This document shows, in pieces, positions 12,585-25,342 of a stretch of DNA of 64,000 nt. The stretch's first letter is position 1. Every line of letters begins with the position of its first letter. Where the stretch lies: NCBI RefSeq assembly GCF_006345805.1, contig NC_043025.1, forward strand, positions 15,562,001 to 15,626,000. The letters are read 5' to 3'. The translations under genes were made by a program, and so were the position numbers. The notes below the pieces were generated by a model. It was not told the origin of the DNA. It was given only the letters and a program-made list of their open reading frames with translations, and made no database searches. Source of the stretch: Octopus sinensis (taxonomy: Eukaryota).

Positions 12585-12870
12585 AGGCACATGGCCTAGT
12601 GGTTAGAGCAGTGGACTCGTGATCGAGGGATCGCGGGTTCGAATCTCAGACTGGGTGATATGTGTGTTTATGAGTGAAACATCTAAGCTCCATGCAGCTC
12701 CGGCAGAAAGTAATGGCGAAACTTCTGCTGACTCTTTCGCCACAACTTTCTCTCACTCTTTCTTCCCGCATCTTGTGATGGACCGGCGTCCTGTCCAGGT
12801 GGGAAACCTCTACGCCAAGGAAACTGGGAAACCGGCCCTTATGAGCTAGGCATGGCTCGAGAAGGAACAA
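12585..12870 (+). mobile_element. tRNA-headed SINE, family 4/5 type
   Basis: GGCCTAGTGGTTAGAGC...GGGTTCGAATC A/B boxes; body related to 28572-28852 and 30783-31018. Confidence 0.7.
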
Positions 12871-13289
12871 ACAAAAAACAACATGCAAGACTCCAGGAAT
12901 TTCATCAAAAAAATCTGACTTGAAAACATTAATGTTATATATATATATATATATAGGGAGAGAGAGAGAGGGGGAGAGAGGGAGAGAGAGAGTAAGTAAA
13001 AGCATTTGAAGTGAAGCAAAGAGGCTATCAGCTGATATCATCATCATCATCATCATCTCAAGGCAGATGATGAAAGGAGGAAGGGAAGGTAAGATAAGAG
13101 AGTGATGCAGACAGAAGATAAACTCATTTCAGATAACATGGATGGGGAAAGGTAAGAAGATACACAGCAGTGGTGGAGGAGGAGATAATATTGTAAAGGC
13201 AGGCAGTTGGAGTAGAATTGGGTAAGAGGAATAGTAAGAGGAAGAAAAGGGTGTGCGAAAGATGAGGAGCCCAAACAAGTGTGAAGTGT

Positions 13290-13420
13290 AGAGAGTGGGT
13301 TTATAAGGAGGTGAAAGTACTCAAGGGTGACCTCTGGACACTGAACCTTCTGCAGCAGATGACAAACGGCCGAGATACATGGGACCTTGTGGTACTCAGG
13401 AGGACCCATCCTCCACAGTA
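13290..13420 (+). pseudogene. Decayed RTE-type LINE ORF end
   Basis: VLKGDLWTLNLLQQMTNGRDTWDLVVLRRT resembles 35660-35762 ([29 protein letters not shown]). Confidence 0.5.
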
Positions 13421-14149
13421 GAAGTGTTAAGGCCATGGCCACTCCATCTGGAGAGGAGGGTTGGCCTGCAAGGTTCCTGTGCTGGGAAAGCAGTTGATGT
13501 TTGAAAAGGTATCCCTGCTGTAGATATCATGCTAAAGCAAACAGTAAGGATTTGCTAGTTCGAATCAAACCCTCCAACCCATGCCAGCATGGAAAAACAG
13601 ATGTTAGATGATGAAGAAATATATGGATGTGTGTATAGATATGTATTCACACACACACACACACAAGTAAAGATATATATGAATTACCCCTGAACCTTTC
13701 AAACGTGATGGAAAAGGACCGAGATACCTGGCACCTTGCTGTAATCAAGCATGATCAAAGCCTTGAAAGCGGATTTGGTAGACAGAAACTGAAAGAAGCC
13801 TATCATACACACGCATGCATGCGTGTGCGTGTGTGTCTGCCATCACTTGACAACTGATGCTGATGTGTTTACGTACCTGTAACTTAGCAGTTTGGCAAAA
13901 GAGACTGACAGAATAAGTTCTAGGCTTACAAAGAATAAGTCCTGGGGTTGCTTTCTTCAACTAAAAACACTAAGGCAGTGCTCCAGTATGGCTGCAGTCA
14001 TATGTATGTGTGTGTGTGTGTGTGAAGGTATGCCCTGACACTAGCCACTCTCTATCTCTCTCTTCCTTTATCATCCCACCATTCCTTGTGAGTATGCCCT
14101 GACACTTCGCCACCATTTCTCTCCTCCACTCTCTCTCTCTCTCCCTTCT

Positions 14150-14595
14150 GGTTGGGTAACCATGTACCTTTTCTACAGCAAGAGGCCTGTTTCTGTCCCT
14201 CTGTTCCATTATAACCTTTCATCATCTGACACAAGACCCTGTCCTCCAATGTACCCCATCTTCTCAAAATTCCTTGTCTTGCAACTCACTTGGTGACCCT
14301 GCCACTTCTGGTGCCATGTAAAAAGCATCCAGTCCACGTTGTAAAGTGGTTGGCGTTTAGAAGGGCATCCAACTGTAAAAACCATGCCAAAAGTGACCTT
14401 GCCTGTGCTGGGGCCACAGAAAAACCACTCAGACCAATCCGAGTGGTGGTGGGTGCTAGATAGGGCATCCAGCCATAAAAACCCTGCCAGGACAGACACA
14501 GAAGTCTGGTGCGGTCTTCTGCCAGGCCAGCTTCTGTAAACCGTCCCACCCATGCCAGCATGGAAGGTGTGGACATTAAACGAGATGATGATGAT
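14150..14595 (+). mobile_element. Family 3 retroposon 3' region
   Basis: GAAGGGCATCCAACTGTAAAAACC...GGACATTAAACGAGATGATGATGAT. Confidence 0.75.
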
Positions 14596-14634
14596 ATATA
14601 TATATATATATGTGTATATATATATATATATATA

Positions 14635-15017
14635 CTAGCAGTATCGCCCGGCATTGCTCGGGTTTGTAAGGGAAATAACTATAAGCATTTTTAGAGATGT
14701 AAAATATAATAGCCATCTCAATATGGCTAACCACAAAGGGGGGGGGGGTGTTACTGTAGCTTTTTTACGTTCTGAGATTTAATAATAAATTTTTAGAGAG
14801 TTACTTCCCTTATATATGCCAAAAATGCATTAAAAATGGGAAAAATTGATGGTAAATTTTTTTTTAAATCGTAGACTCATCGTAGAAGCGCTAATACCCA
14901 GAAGGGCTCAATATGAATCACGATTATAAGATACATTGCACCGCAAAATGTGGGAGTAGTTAGGAATCTAAATCGTAGGAGACAGACAGCACACAACCTC
15001 ACTTTTATATATAAAGA
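14635..15017 (-). mobile_element. Non-autonomous Helitron
   Basis: Minus strand A|TCTTTATATATAAAAG...CCCGAGCAATGCCGGG hairpin...CTAG|T: canonical TC/CTAG ends between A and T. Confidence 0.75.
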
Positions 15018-15034
15018 TATATATATATATATAT

Positions 15035-15073
<39 letters not shown>

Positions 15074-16555
15074 GAAAGACAGACAGACAGGCAGGCAGAC
15101 AGAGAATAAGCAAGAGTGAGCATGAAAGAGAGAGCGAGCAAGAAAATACTCGCTCACCCTGTTAATCCAATACACTGATTTATAAAAGATTTATAGAAGA
15201 TTTAGATTAAGAAAGATTATCCCAAAGAAAAGCTAATAAAAATGATAACTGAACAATTAGTTTGTGTGAACAGCTGCAGTGTATTAATTGGTGGTGGAGG
15301 GTATGGCGGGGGGGTGTCAGGAGGGGATTAAGTCTGCTCTGATTGGAGGGGGGTGGGGTGGAAAAATAAGAGAAAGAATCAAATGAGACAAGGGAGAGGA
15401 GAGAGGAGAATTAAAGAGAAAAAGGGAGTGACATACAAAGAAGGAGAGAGACAGTAAAAATAAAGAAAGAAAGGGAACAACAGGGGTTCCTTTCACTTCC
15501 CTTCTCTTTAACTGCGTCTCTCTCTCTCTCTCTCTCTCTCAACAAGACATTCTGTCATGGTTTGAGAGAGACAGACAGAGTGAGAGAGAAATTCTTTATT
15601 CATCATAAAGTTGAGAAAAAGAGGGAACAATACAGGGGACAGACAAAACAAACGTTGGGGTCAGGGTATGGAATAAACAAACAATTAAAATATATACAAT
15701 TAAATGAGAATGAGTGATTAACAAAAAATGAAGTGGAGGACTTGGTTGTGAATGTCTTTCTCTGACAGAATTCATCTTTTTGTGTAAGCATGAGTGAGTG
15801 TGAGAGATATTCAGCCGGGGGGGGGGGGAGGAGGGGGGGAGAGAGAGAGAAAGAGAGAGAAAAAGAGAGAAAGAGAGAGAAAAAGAGAGAGAGAGAGGCA
15901 GACAGATGGAATTCAAAAAAGGGAGATATCAAAGATGAAAGGAAGTGGAAATTAGAGAGGGGGAGGGAAGAGAGAGAGAAAGCAAACTGCAGAAATTATG
16001 GGAAAGAAGAGGTAAGTGTGAGGGGGGGAGAGGCATTGTCGGCAGTAATGATTAAGGGGGAAAGACAAAAGATTAAAGAATAATAGGAGAGAGAAGAAAG
16101 GGGACAGGGTATGAAAGAAGGTCAGAAGTGGCTGATTTAGAAATTCACACCCCCCCCCCCGTCATCTACAATACCCCCCACCTACCTACATTCTGTCACC
16201 CTTCTGCTGCTGTCTCAACTACAACCCACCTGTTATGCACCCCTGAATAACAATCTACCCTTAACTATATCATCTCCACCACCATCACCACCAGCCTGCC
16301 AGGTGGGAAATCACCAATTTTAGTGGCCCTTAAATAACCTTTTCACTCACATTTAGAAAAAGAACAAACATCCAAACAAACTACAGGGAACCTAAGGGAG
16401 GAGACAATGTGGCTGCTAAAAATAGCAGTCAATACTACTACTACACCCCCCCCCCCACCTAATACCTCCACCTACAGCAGAATGTGCACTCACAAGAGAC
16501 AGGTGTCTATATAATATTTGATCTTTGGAGAGAGCATTCAGAGAAATTAACACAG

Positions 16556-16833
16556 GGGATCTTTTCCGTTTGAACGGCAGTTTTTTCCAGCAGTGTCATA
16601 TGAAATTGTCACCCATAATTATGACCCTAGAATCGATCTATTGCATTTCAATCTCTTTTAGGGTTAGGGGTGGGGGGGAGGGTATCTTTTTTTTCTTCAG
16701 AAATATAAATAAACCCAATCTGTTTCTTAAATGAGGAACATATTCATACGGCACAGAATGTTTTCACCTCAATAGACGTCATTGATTGGTTGAAATTGCA
16801 GAAAAAAAACTGCCGGTCAAACCGAAAAGATCC
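16556..16833. mobile_element. MITE with ~31-bp TIR GGGATCTTTTCGGTTTGAACGGCAGTTTTTT (internally deleted copy)
   Basis: TIR at both ends; body is the reverse complement of 17348-17763. Confidence 0.8.
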
Positions 16834-17040
16834 ATTTTTTTTCCTTCTCCAAGATTGATTGCTCCCCCACCCCTGCAACTAAGGAGCTCCGTCTACCCAT
16901 ACAAAAGTCTATATAACCTGTAGATAGGGACCTGACAGGTACTACAGTTCTGGGTCAGTTAGACACGGGAGCAATGATAAGTAAGAGTGACTCTATGCTC
17001 CCCACAAATCCAGAATGCCCAAACTGGAGCCTCACCCAGC

Positions 17041-17270
17041 TTAATCCTTAAGCATTTAAACTGGCCTTATCTGGCCAAAATATTCTACTTGTTTTATGTT
17101 TAAACTGACCATATCATACCTCTCACACCTACCCTGCAATGTCATTTTAAACTTAAATGATCACATCATTAAAATCTTGAAGCTACAAGGTTAATCCATG
17201 GTGAATTCAAAATAACATGACACTTGTATAAGCATCGCATTTGACAATAATTTGATGCTAAGGGGTTTAA
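17041..17270. mobile_element. piggyBac-type MITE (decayed)
   Basis: TTAATCCTTAAGC...GCTAAGGGGTTTAA; homologous to 5695-5922. Confidence 0.65.
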
Positions 17271-17347
17271 AATCACACCCAGAAAAACCGAAATTGGCAG
17301 CTGAAGAGCTGGAATGATAGCATCACAGCATGGACAAGTCTTGAGTT

Positions 17348-17763
17348 GGGTCTTTTCGGTTTGACCAGCAGTTTTTTAAAATAATTTCCACGTAACTAAA
17401 CACTTTTAAACTTCGTATACTGGTAGAATGTGTTTATAAAATATCTTTTTCTCTTGGCTTTATTGAGAAAATTCTATAGTTTGTAAGATATTTGTTTTTT
17501 TCTCTTCAACTTCTGCAATTTCAACCAATCAATGATGTCTATTAAGGTAAACAACATTCTTTGAGGTATGAATATGTCCCTCGTTTAAGAAACAGATTGG
17601 GTTTATTTACATTTCTGAAGAAAAAAAGATACCCTTCCCCCACCACTAACCCTAACCCTAAAAGGGATTGAAATGCAATAGATCGATACTAGGGTCATAA
17701 TTATGGGTGACAATTTCATATGACACCGCTAGAAAAAACTGCCGTTCAAACCGAAAAGATCCC
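17348..17763. mobile_element. MITE with ~31-bp TIR, longer copy, inverted relative to 16556-16833
   Basis: GGGTCTTTTCGGTTTGACCAGCAG...CTGCCGTTCAAACCGAAAAGATCCC; contains CTAACCCTAACCCTAA. Confidence 0.8.
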
Positions 17764-17924
17764 AAAAAATATTTACAGGGGCTTGATTTGTTCAACTAAA
17801 ATCCCTCAGGGCAGTGCCCCAGCGTGGCCACAGTCAAGGTTTGAGTAACACAACAACAAGCTCAGACATATTTTTGTGGTGGACTAGAAGTGAATGGTGC
17901 TGTTCACTTTGAACAGGAAGTTTG

Positions 17925-18217
17925 TATCATAGAAACGAAGTTCGGCCTCAAAAGTGTTCAGACAAACATGATGGAAAGATCTGGAAGCTAAATCACAGGA
18001 CTTGGATATTTCTATGGAAATACATTGCCTTTGTTTCAATTAACATTGAGAATAATGAAGAATTTGGTAAAAATAACTGTCATTATAAAGCTAGTGTCTG
18101 GAACATAAATGAACATGGAATTTCGATGGGAGGTTTTAACCGAGATCAGTTTAAAACAAGCAGGTGTCTGATAGAGCTAAGAGGCAATCTCAGGTAGGTT
18201 GGTATCAAAAAGGTTAA
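17925..18217 (-). mobile_element. TTAACC-TTTTGATAC MITE-like family copy
   Basis: Reverse complement of 3570-3860; accounts for ORF 17922-18197. Confidence 0.6.
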
Positions 18218-18497
18218 ATGAGTTACCCTCTGGAATATATACTAAATCACCATCTTCATTTTTATGTCCACTTTTCCATGCTTGTTCGGTTAGACAGAAT
18301 TTGTTGTGGATTTTCTATGGCTGGCTGGATGCTCTTCCTGTCACAAACCCTCACCTGTTTCCAAGCCAGATTGCAAACGAAGGGCATCACCTGCATCATT
18401 GACACACTTGTTTTACAACCATCATATGATGCCAAGCAAAGGTAACAGTAGGGTATGTACACGTCTGTATGCCTATGCGCATATATCTTTTTTTTTT

Positions 18498-18696
18498 TTG
18501 TTTCAGTCATTTGACTGTGGCCATGCTGGAGCACCACCTTTAGTCGAGCAATCCGACCCCAGGACTTATTCTTTGTAAGCCTAGTACTTATTCTATCGGT
18601 CTCTTTTGCCGAACAGCTAAGTTACGGAGACGTAAACACACCAGCATCGGTTGTCAATGGAGGGGGAACAAACACAGACACACAAACATATACACG

Positions 18697-18728
<32 letters not shown>

Positions 18729-18888
18729 ACGGGCTTCTTTCAGTTTCCGCCTACCAAATCCACTCACAAGGCTTTGGTCGGCCCAGGCTTTAGTAGAAGA
18801 CACTTGCCAAGGTGCCACGCAGTCGGACTGAACCTGGAACCATGTGGTTGGTAAGCAAGCTACTTACCACACAGCCACTCCTACGCCT
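18498..18888 (-). mobile_element. SINE family 1, full length
   Basis: High identity to the other family 1 copies. Confidence 0.9.
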
Positions 18889-19325
18889 ATATATATATCA
18901 TCATCATCATCATTTAATGTCTGTTTTCCACGCTGGCATGGGTTGGGCAGTTTGACTTGGGACTGGCAAGCCAGTAGGCTGCAGCAGTCTCCAATCTGAT
19001 CTGGCATGAATTTCTACAGCTGGATGCCCTTCCTAACACCAACCACTCAGAGTGTAGTGGGTGCTTTTTACGTGCCACCGGCATGGGAGCTAGTCAGTCA
19101 GCACTGGCACCGACCCACACTCAAATAGTGCTTATTACGTGCTACCAGCATGGGTGCCAGTTAGGTGGCACTGGCATCAACCATGACTGCAATTTCACTT
19201 GATTCAACAGGTCTTCTCAAGCGCAGCATATCACAAAACGATTCAAGGGTACTTTTAAATGGATTGGTTATGCAACACTGGCATATATATATATATTGGA
19301 AGGTTTGGAGATGATGTACAGGTAT

Positions 19326-19618
19326 TATATATTAGAAGAAATGAGGTAATCAGAAGATCGGATGGTTCATATTTACAGATATTTATTTATATATTACATT
19401 TTTTACATATATATATCGTTTCACTTAGATCATTAGCGCTTTCTCCCATTCTAGTGGGGTTTTCAAATAAAAAAAAATTTTTTTTTATTTGAAAACCCCA
19501 CTAGAATGGGAGAAAGCGCTAATGATCTAAGTGAAACGATATATATATATGTAAAAATGTAATATATAAATAAATATCTGTAAATATGAACCATCCGATC
19601 TTCTGATTACCTCATTTC

Positions 19619-19630
<12 letters not shown>
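19326..19630. repeat. Spacer-less palindrome, arms 152/153 bp
   Basis: Centre A9|T9 at 19477/19478; the arms differ only by one T-run base and one AT dinucleotide. Confidence 0.95.
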
Positions 19631-19654
<24 letters not shown>

Positions 19655-20153
19655 AATTTTAATGAAAATATAATTCTCTCCCTGATAATAAACTACAGAT
19701 TCTTCTGTAGGAAATTTGTTGCTCTATAACTCACGTGGGTGGACAGGGGAAGATGCAGAGCCTTATTCGTATGTTTTGAATTCGTTAGTACTGGTGGTCG
19801 AAGATGGTTCATCTGGGGTTGCCCAAATCAGACGGGAATGTTCGATTTTTAGTGCTCTCAAATTTAAATTTAATGAAATCTTGGGCTGATGAGAGGAATG
19901 TTGGAATAGGGATGTATTTCTAGCATCTCTATATCTATCTAACCCAGAAACGCCGTTCTCAAGTAATCTATTTTTCGAGTGAACTTTCGTTATTTTTCCC
20001 TCTATGTCTACGTGAATTGTTTTTGAGTATACATTGTCTGGGAGACTCTTCTTATAGTAGAGGAAATAGCTAAATTCTTTGGCTGCTATTTCTAAAAGTT
20101 CGGTGTGTGGTAAAGCAAATTTTTTTTGCTGAACCCTAATTATATAAAATAAT

Positions 20154-20204
<51 letters not shown>

Positions 20205-20393
20205 TGTGTTGAAACAGATATTGTTGTATTTAGGAATGGTCATTTTGCCAGTTTAGCCACAACCTTCTCTCACCATTTCTTCTGTTGGCCTGCTCGCTTA
20301 GCCAGCAGGGTGGCATCATTTGAAGGCTAAAACAATACGAAGCGCATTGTGACCAGCGATGTGTAACAACATCTGATAGCCTGGTCAGTCACG

Positions 20394-20431
<38 letters not shown>

Positions 20432-20730
20432 CAAACGACAGTAGAGTTACAGGTGTCAATCAATTACGGCCTTTTCTAACGACTCCTTTAATTGATTAAT
20501 GAAAACATTACATTCTTGTAAAGAAGCTGTTTTTGTCAGGTGAATTCAGGAACTTCAAAACGAAGGACACATTCGATTTAACATAGTTTAAAACCCAAAA
20601 ACGCAAAAACATTTACAGAGATTCTGCTTCCACTTCAGTTGACAATAGATTAACCAGACCCTACGAGGTGCCTCAATTTAAGTACCCAATTCAACTGAAT
20701 CATATATATATGTATATATATATATATACT

Positions 20731-21145
20731 AGGCGCAGGAGTGGCTGTGTGGTAAGTAGCTTGCTAACCAACCGCATGGTTCCGGGTTCAGTCCCATTGC
20801 GTGGCACCTTGGGCAAGTGTCTTCTACTATAGCCTTGGGCCGACCAAAGCCTTGTGAGTGGATTTGGTAGACGGAAACTGAAAGAAGCCTGTCGTATATA
20901 TGTATATATATATATATATGCGTGTGTATGTTTGTGTGTCTGTGTTTGTCCCCCTAGCATTGCTTGACAACCGATGCTGGTGTGTTTATGTCCCCGTCAC
21001 TTAGCGGTTCGGCAAAAGAGACCAATAGAATAAGTACTGGGCTTACAAAAAAGAATAAGTCCCTGGGTCGAGTTGCTCAATTAAAGGCAGTGCTCCAGCA
21101 TGGCCGCAGTCAAATGATTGAAACAAGTAAAAGAGTAAAAGAGTA
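20731..21145 (+). mobile_element. SINE family 1, full length, young
   Basis: Near-consensus copy; inverted partner at 21588-21992. Confidence 0.9.
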
Positions 21146-21587
21146 TATCCTTTTAAGCTCATTTACAGGAAATGTGGTATTTTATCATGCCAACTGGCAA
21201 TACCAGTTTTTTTGGGGTCACACGGAATGAACAAGATCTACCCATCGATACAAAGGGTAATTATCTCAGGAATATAGACTATGATCTTAAGAAACGGGAT
21301 TAGTGGAAAGGCATACAGCCACCACATCACCTCAAGGACTAGACCTTACAGTGGAGAGTGTTGTATGAAGAACACTTTGTCAACCCCCAAGACTGGGACA
21401 TATCATCTGCCTATCATTTTACCCCACAAATAAGGGGTTATGTTCACATTTCAGAAGCTCAATAATGTTAGGGGACAGCAATACTAAACATAAATAGGGA
21501 GACACCTTCAAGTCCTGAATACTTTCTCTTTATCAATCTCCAAATCCCGTTAGAAACGAGAGATTTTGATGAAATGCAGTTGGTCTC

Positions 21588-21992
21588 TCTTTCTCTTTTA
21601 CTTGTTTCAGTCATTTGACTGCGGCCATGCTGGAGCACCGCCATTAATCGAGCAACTCGACCCAGGGACTTATTCTTTTTTGTAAGCCCAGTACTTATTC
21701 TATTGGTCTCTTTTGCCGAACCGCTAAGTAACGGGGACATAAATACACCAGCATCGGTTGTCAAACAATGCTAGGGGGACAAACACAGACACACAAACAC
21801 ATACACATACATATATATAAATATATATGACAGGCTTCTTTCAGTTTCCGTCTACCAAATCCACTCACAAGGCTTTGGTCGGCCCGAGGCCATAGTAGAA
21901 GACACTTGCCCAAGGTGCCACACAGTGGGACTGAACCCGGAACCATCTGGTCGGTAAACAAGCTACTTACCACACAGCCACTCCTGTGCCTA
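21588..21992 (-). mobile_element. SINE family 1, full length, young
   Basis: Reverse complement of 20731-21145, including AAAAAAGAATAAGTCCCTGGGTCGAG. Confidence 0.9.
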
Positions 21993-22871
21993 TATTCATG
22001 TCGAGTAATAAAAATCATGAAAAATTTAAACATAACATGAATATGGATGAAATTTGCTGATACAATAACATGATTGTTTGTGTTCATTGTGTATGTGGTT
22101 TCTACCAGTTGTGGCTGATTTTTACCTTTTGTCATGGTACTTTCACCTGACCAGGTAATTTAAGTTGATTACACGAGCGTTTCCACATGTATTGACAAGA
22201 TATTGATTCCAGGGCATCGATTTCCTAATTAAATCATTAATTAATGAATAATAAATTGTTAATAAATAGCATCACTGACTTGTAAGCTCACCACTCAAGG
22301 TGCAATTATGGCTGGAAATCAACAAAGAAATATCCAGAGAAATTTGATGAAAGGCAAAAAATACAAATAGTGCAGGAGTGGCTGTGTGGAAACAAGTTTG
22401 CTTCCCAATTACATGGTTCTGGGTTCAATCCCACTGCATCGTACCTGGGGCAAGCATATTGTACTATAGCCTTGGGAGGACCAAAGCCATGAGAGTGGAT
22501 TTGGTAGATGGAAACTGAAAGAAGCCTATCATATATATATATATATATGTATATGTGTGTGTATGTCTTTGCTGACTGCTTGGCAACTGGTGCTGGTTTG
22601 CTTATGTCCCTGTATCTTGGCTCAGCAAAAAGACAATAAGTGGCAGGCATTTAAAGTGAAAAAAAGAAATGAAAGAACTGGGGTCATTTCATTCAAGGCT
22701 GTGCCCCAGCATGGTCACAGTCCGACGACTGAAACAAGTAAACAATAGAGGATAATATGGCCTCTTGTTCAGCCCAAAAGCAGGGACCAGGAATCCCTAA
22801 TCTGCATTGAGAAGGGCAGGCTTTGTGTTGGGACAATCAATTAGAATCCTTTCAAAGTGTCATAGACAGAA

Positions 22872-22913
<42 letters not shown>

Positions 22914-23029
22914 TAGAGGGAGAGGGAAAGAGAGGGAGAGAGAGAGAGAGAAAGAGAGGGAGAGAGAGAGAGAAAGAGAGAGAGAGCGCCAGTAACTCCT
23001 TGGCTCTACTAACATCCTAACAATGACAT

Positions 23030-23390
23030 CAGACAATGAGGAGTGTTATCAGTGGTTACAAAACTTCCTGGCTGTGAAATGGGACTTCCGTGTCACCAGC
23101 TCATCCCAAGGTTGCCTGTACTAACCATAAATACAGAGTAGAAATATCTGGATTCGTCGTCGTCTCCAGACATAATCAATGACGATGCTTTGCAGACGGA
23201 TTTGCTGAAGCAAAACAATCAAAACAACAAAAAAACAAAAAACCCCAGAGAACAAAGACTTGCATTTGGCACTTTATCCTTCCAGAGCTGCTAGGGCTGT
23301 CGATTGACAAAAACAAATTTTGGACTGGATGCAATACAACCCAGCCACCAAAACTATTATGGGGGCAGTAGAAGGTCCTGGGACCGCTGA
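23030..23390 (+). pseudogene. Highly decayed CR1/L2-type reverse transcriptase relic
   Basis: Peptides WLQNFL, DDALQTDL and LLGLSIDKNKFW appear in the expected RT order, broken by frameshifts. Confidence 0.35.
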
Positions 23391-23424
23391 AAAGGCTAAT
23401 TCCAATCAACACTCATTGAACATC

Positions 23425-23950
23425 ATCATCATCATTTAATATCCGTTTTTCCTGCTGGCATCAGTTAGATTGTTCAAGAGGATCCAGTGAGCTGCATGGC
23501 TGCCTCATGTGGCCCTGTGTCAGATTTGCCATGGTTTCTACAGCTGGATCATCATCATCATCATCATCATCGTTTAACGTCCGCTTGCCATGCTAGCATG
23601 GGTTGGACGATTTTGACTGAGGACTGGCGAACCAGATGGCTGCACCAGGCTCCGATCTTGATCTGGCAGAGTTTCTACACCTGGGTGCCCTTCCTAACGC
23701 CAACCACTCCGAGAGTGTAGTGGGTGCTTTTTACGTGCCACCGGCACGGGGGCCAGTCAGGCGGTACTGGCAATGACCTCACTTGAATCTTTTTACACGT
23801 GCCAGTGAAGCGACGTTGGTAACGATCACACTCGAATGGTGCCCTTTTACGTGCCACGGGTATGGAAGCCAGTTGGCTGCTCTTTGTCAACAACCTTACT
23901 ATTTTCTTTTCATGGCACCAGCACCAATGGGGTTGCCAAGTAACTTGCAA
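23425..23950 (-). mobile_element. Family 3 retroposon (two nested or tandem pieces)
   Basis: Two CATCATCAT tails at about 23425 and 23548. Confidence 0.8.
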
Positions 23951-24976
23951 AACAGAAAAGGGACAAGAAAAGGGTAAAAGGGAAGGAGGAAAATCCCTCT
24001 TGAATAAGGAGGGGGTGGCATTTGAGAGTGGAAAATTGCACAATGTACCCTCATTTTCTAAAATTGGAAAACACATGGAATAATGTAGTCCTAGGTGAAC
24101 TGTGTCCTTGGGAAAGGATATAAAAATGACTGTTACAGGTCTCTTGAATGTAGACAGAGTTAAACAACAAGACCAACAGGTAAAGCAGACTATTACAGAC
24201 ACACCTGGATAAAGAACATTCAACATAAAAAGGGGAGGAGGTGGTGGCCAGGTATGGCAAGTGGCATGACATCTGTGACCTACCCCCATCCTACCCGACA
24301 GTCGAAGTGAGAAGTAGGTGAAGGTCATACCAGAAATATTGTTCCAATATCATTATTGATACTATTATTATTATTATTAAATCAGGTTTGATAAGTCAGG
24401 CTCCACCTTGCCAATATTTCTGGTTTGTTAGCATTTTAGACTAATTAATTAATTGTGTGTGAGCGTATGTGCATGCGTGTATGAGAGCCTGCATGTGTGT
24501 GTGTGTGTGTGAGAGAAATGGGGAGGGAGAGAAGGAGGAGGAGGAGAGACAGTGACTGAGAAAGGCAGGCAGACAGGCAGAGAGCGTACCTGTGTAAATG
24601 TGATGTATATATTTGTGAACACCTGTGCTGGTGAGAGAGAGACAGAGCAGTGTGAATGCAACGTACATCTTTGCAAACACCAGTCTGTCTATGTGCATGT
24701 ATGTATGTATATATCTATCTATTCCTTTTGTTCTTTTATGTCTTAGTCATATATATATATATATAAACAGGTTTGCCAGTTAGAATGTACGTAATCTGTG
24801 TGTGTGTGTGTGTGTGTGTGACTGTATACACATTTATAGATTTATGCATTTACATGTGTCTGTGTGTATTACATATACACACACATACACACAACCATTT
24901 CAAATCCACCTTCCCAAGGGTGTGTGCATATATTTTACTTGTTTCATGACTGCAGCCATGCTGGAGCACTGCCATA

Positions 24977-25342
24977 TCTCTCTATATATAAACGGCAAAA
25001 TGTCTGCGTGTATGTCTTTATACAAATCCACAATTTTTCAATTCGAAGGCTCGCACTTTCTGTGGTCATTCAGAACCGTCCAAGGGTGGTCGTGCACATA
25101 TTTAGATCTTTACCCAGTCACCACGCAAAGCCATTAAAAAAATCAACAGAAGTGACTTTTTTGTGAATTTTCTATCCAAAACCCAATCAAAATGCCCGAA
25201 ACTTGATACGCCAATTGAATGGCAGCCAGCTGTATGTGATTGGTCTGAGATTTGGACAGTACTCGGGTGTATGTGTGCATGCACGCAGCTGTATATGCAT
25301 GCACTAGCACTATGACCCAGCAACGCCGGGTCATAGTGCTAG
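24977..25342 (+). mobile_element. Non-autonomous Helitron inserted in a SINE tail
   Basis: A|TCTCTCTATATATAAACGGC...CTAG|T; perfect 16-bp stem ACTAGCACTATGACCC/GGGTCATAGTGCTAGT at 25303-25343. Confidence 0.75.

Noticed and set aside
12590-12660. tRNA gene (also 28790-28852 and 30950-31018)
   Set aside because: A/B boxes are present but there is no complete cloverleaf, and each continues into a SINE body.
17645-17662. Telomere-like CCCTAACCCTAA
   Set aside because: Only two to three units, internal to a MITE.
17922-18197. 91-aa ORF with apparent acceptor and donor
   Set aside because: It is the reverse complement of the MITE-like family at 3570-3860.
19518-19556. Hammerhead in the palindrome arm (CTAATGA...GAAAC)
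   Set aside because: The core is mismatched and there is no stem I pairing after the putative cleavage site.
21160-21590. Possible exon or RT fragment between the inverted SINEs
   Set aside because: Short frames with stops and only vague motif resemblance.
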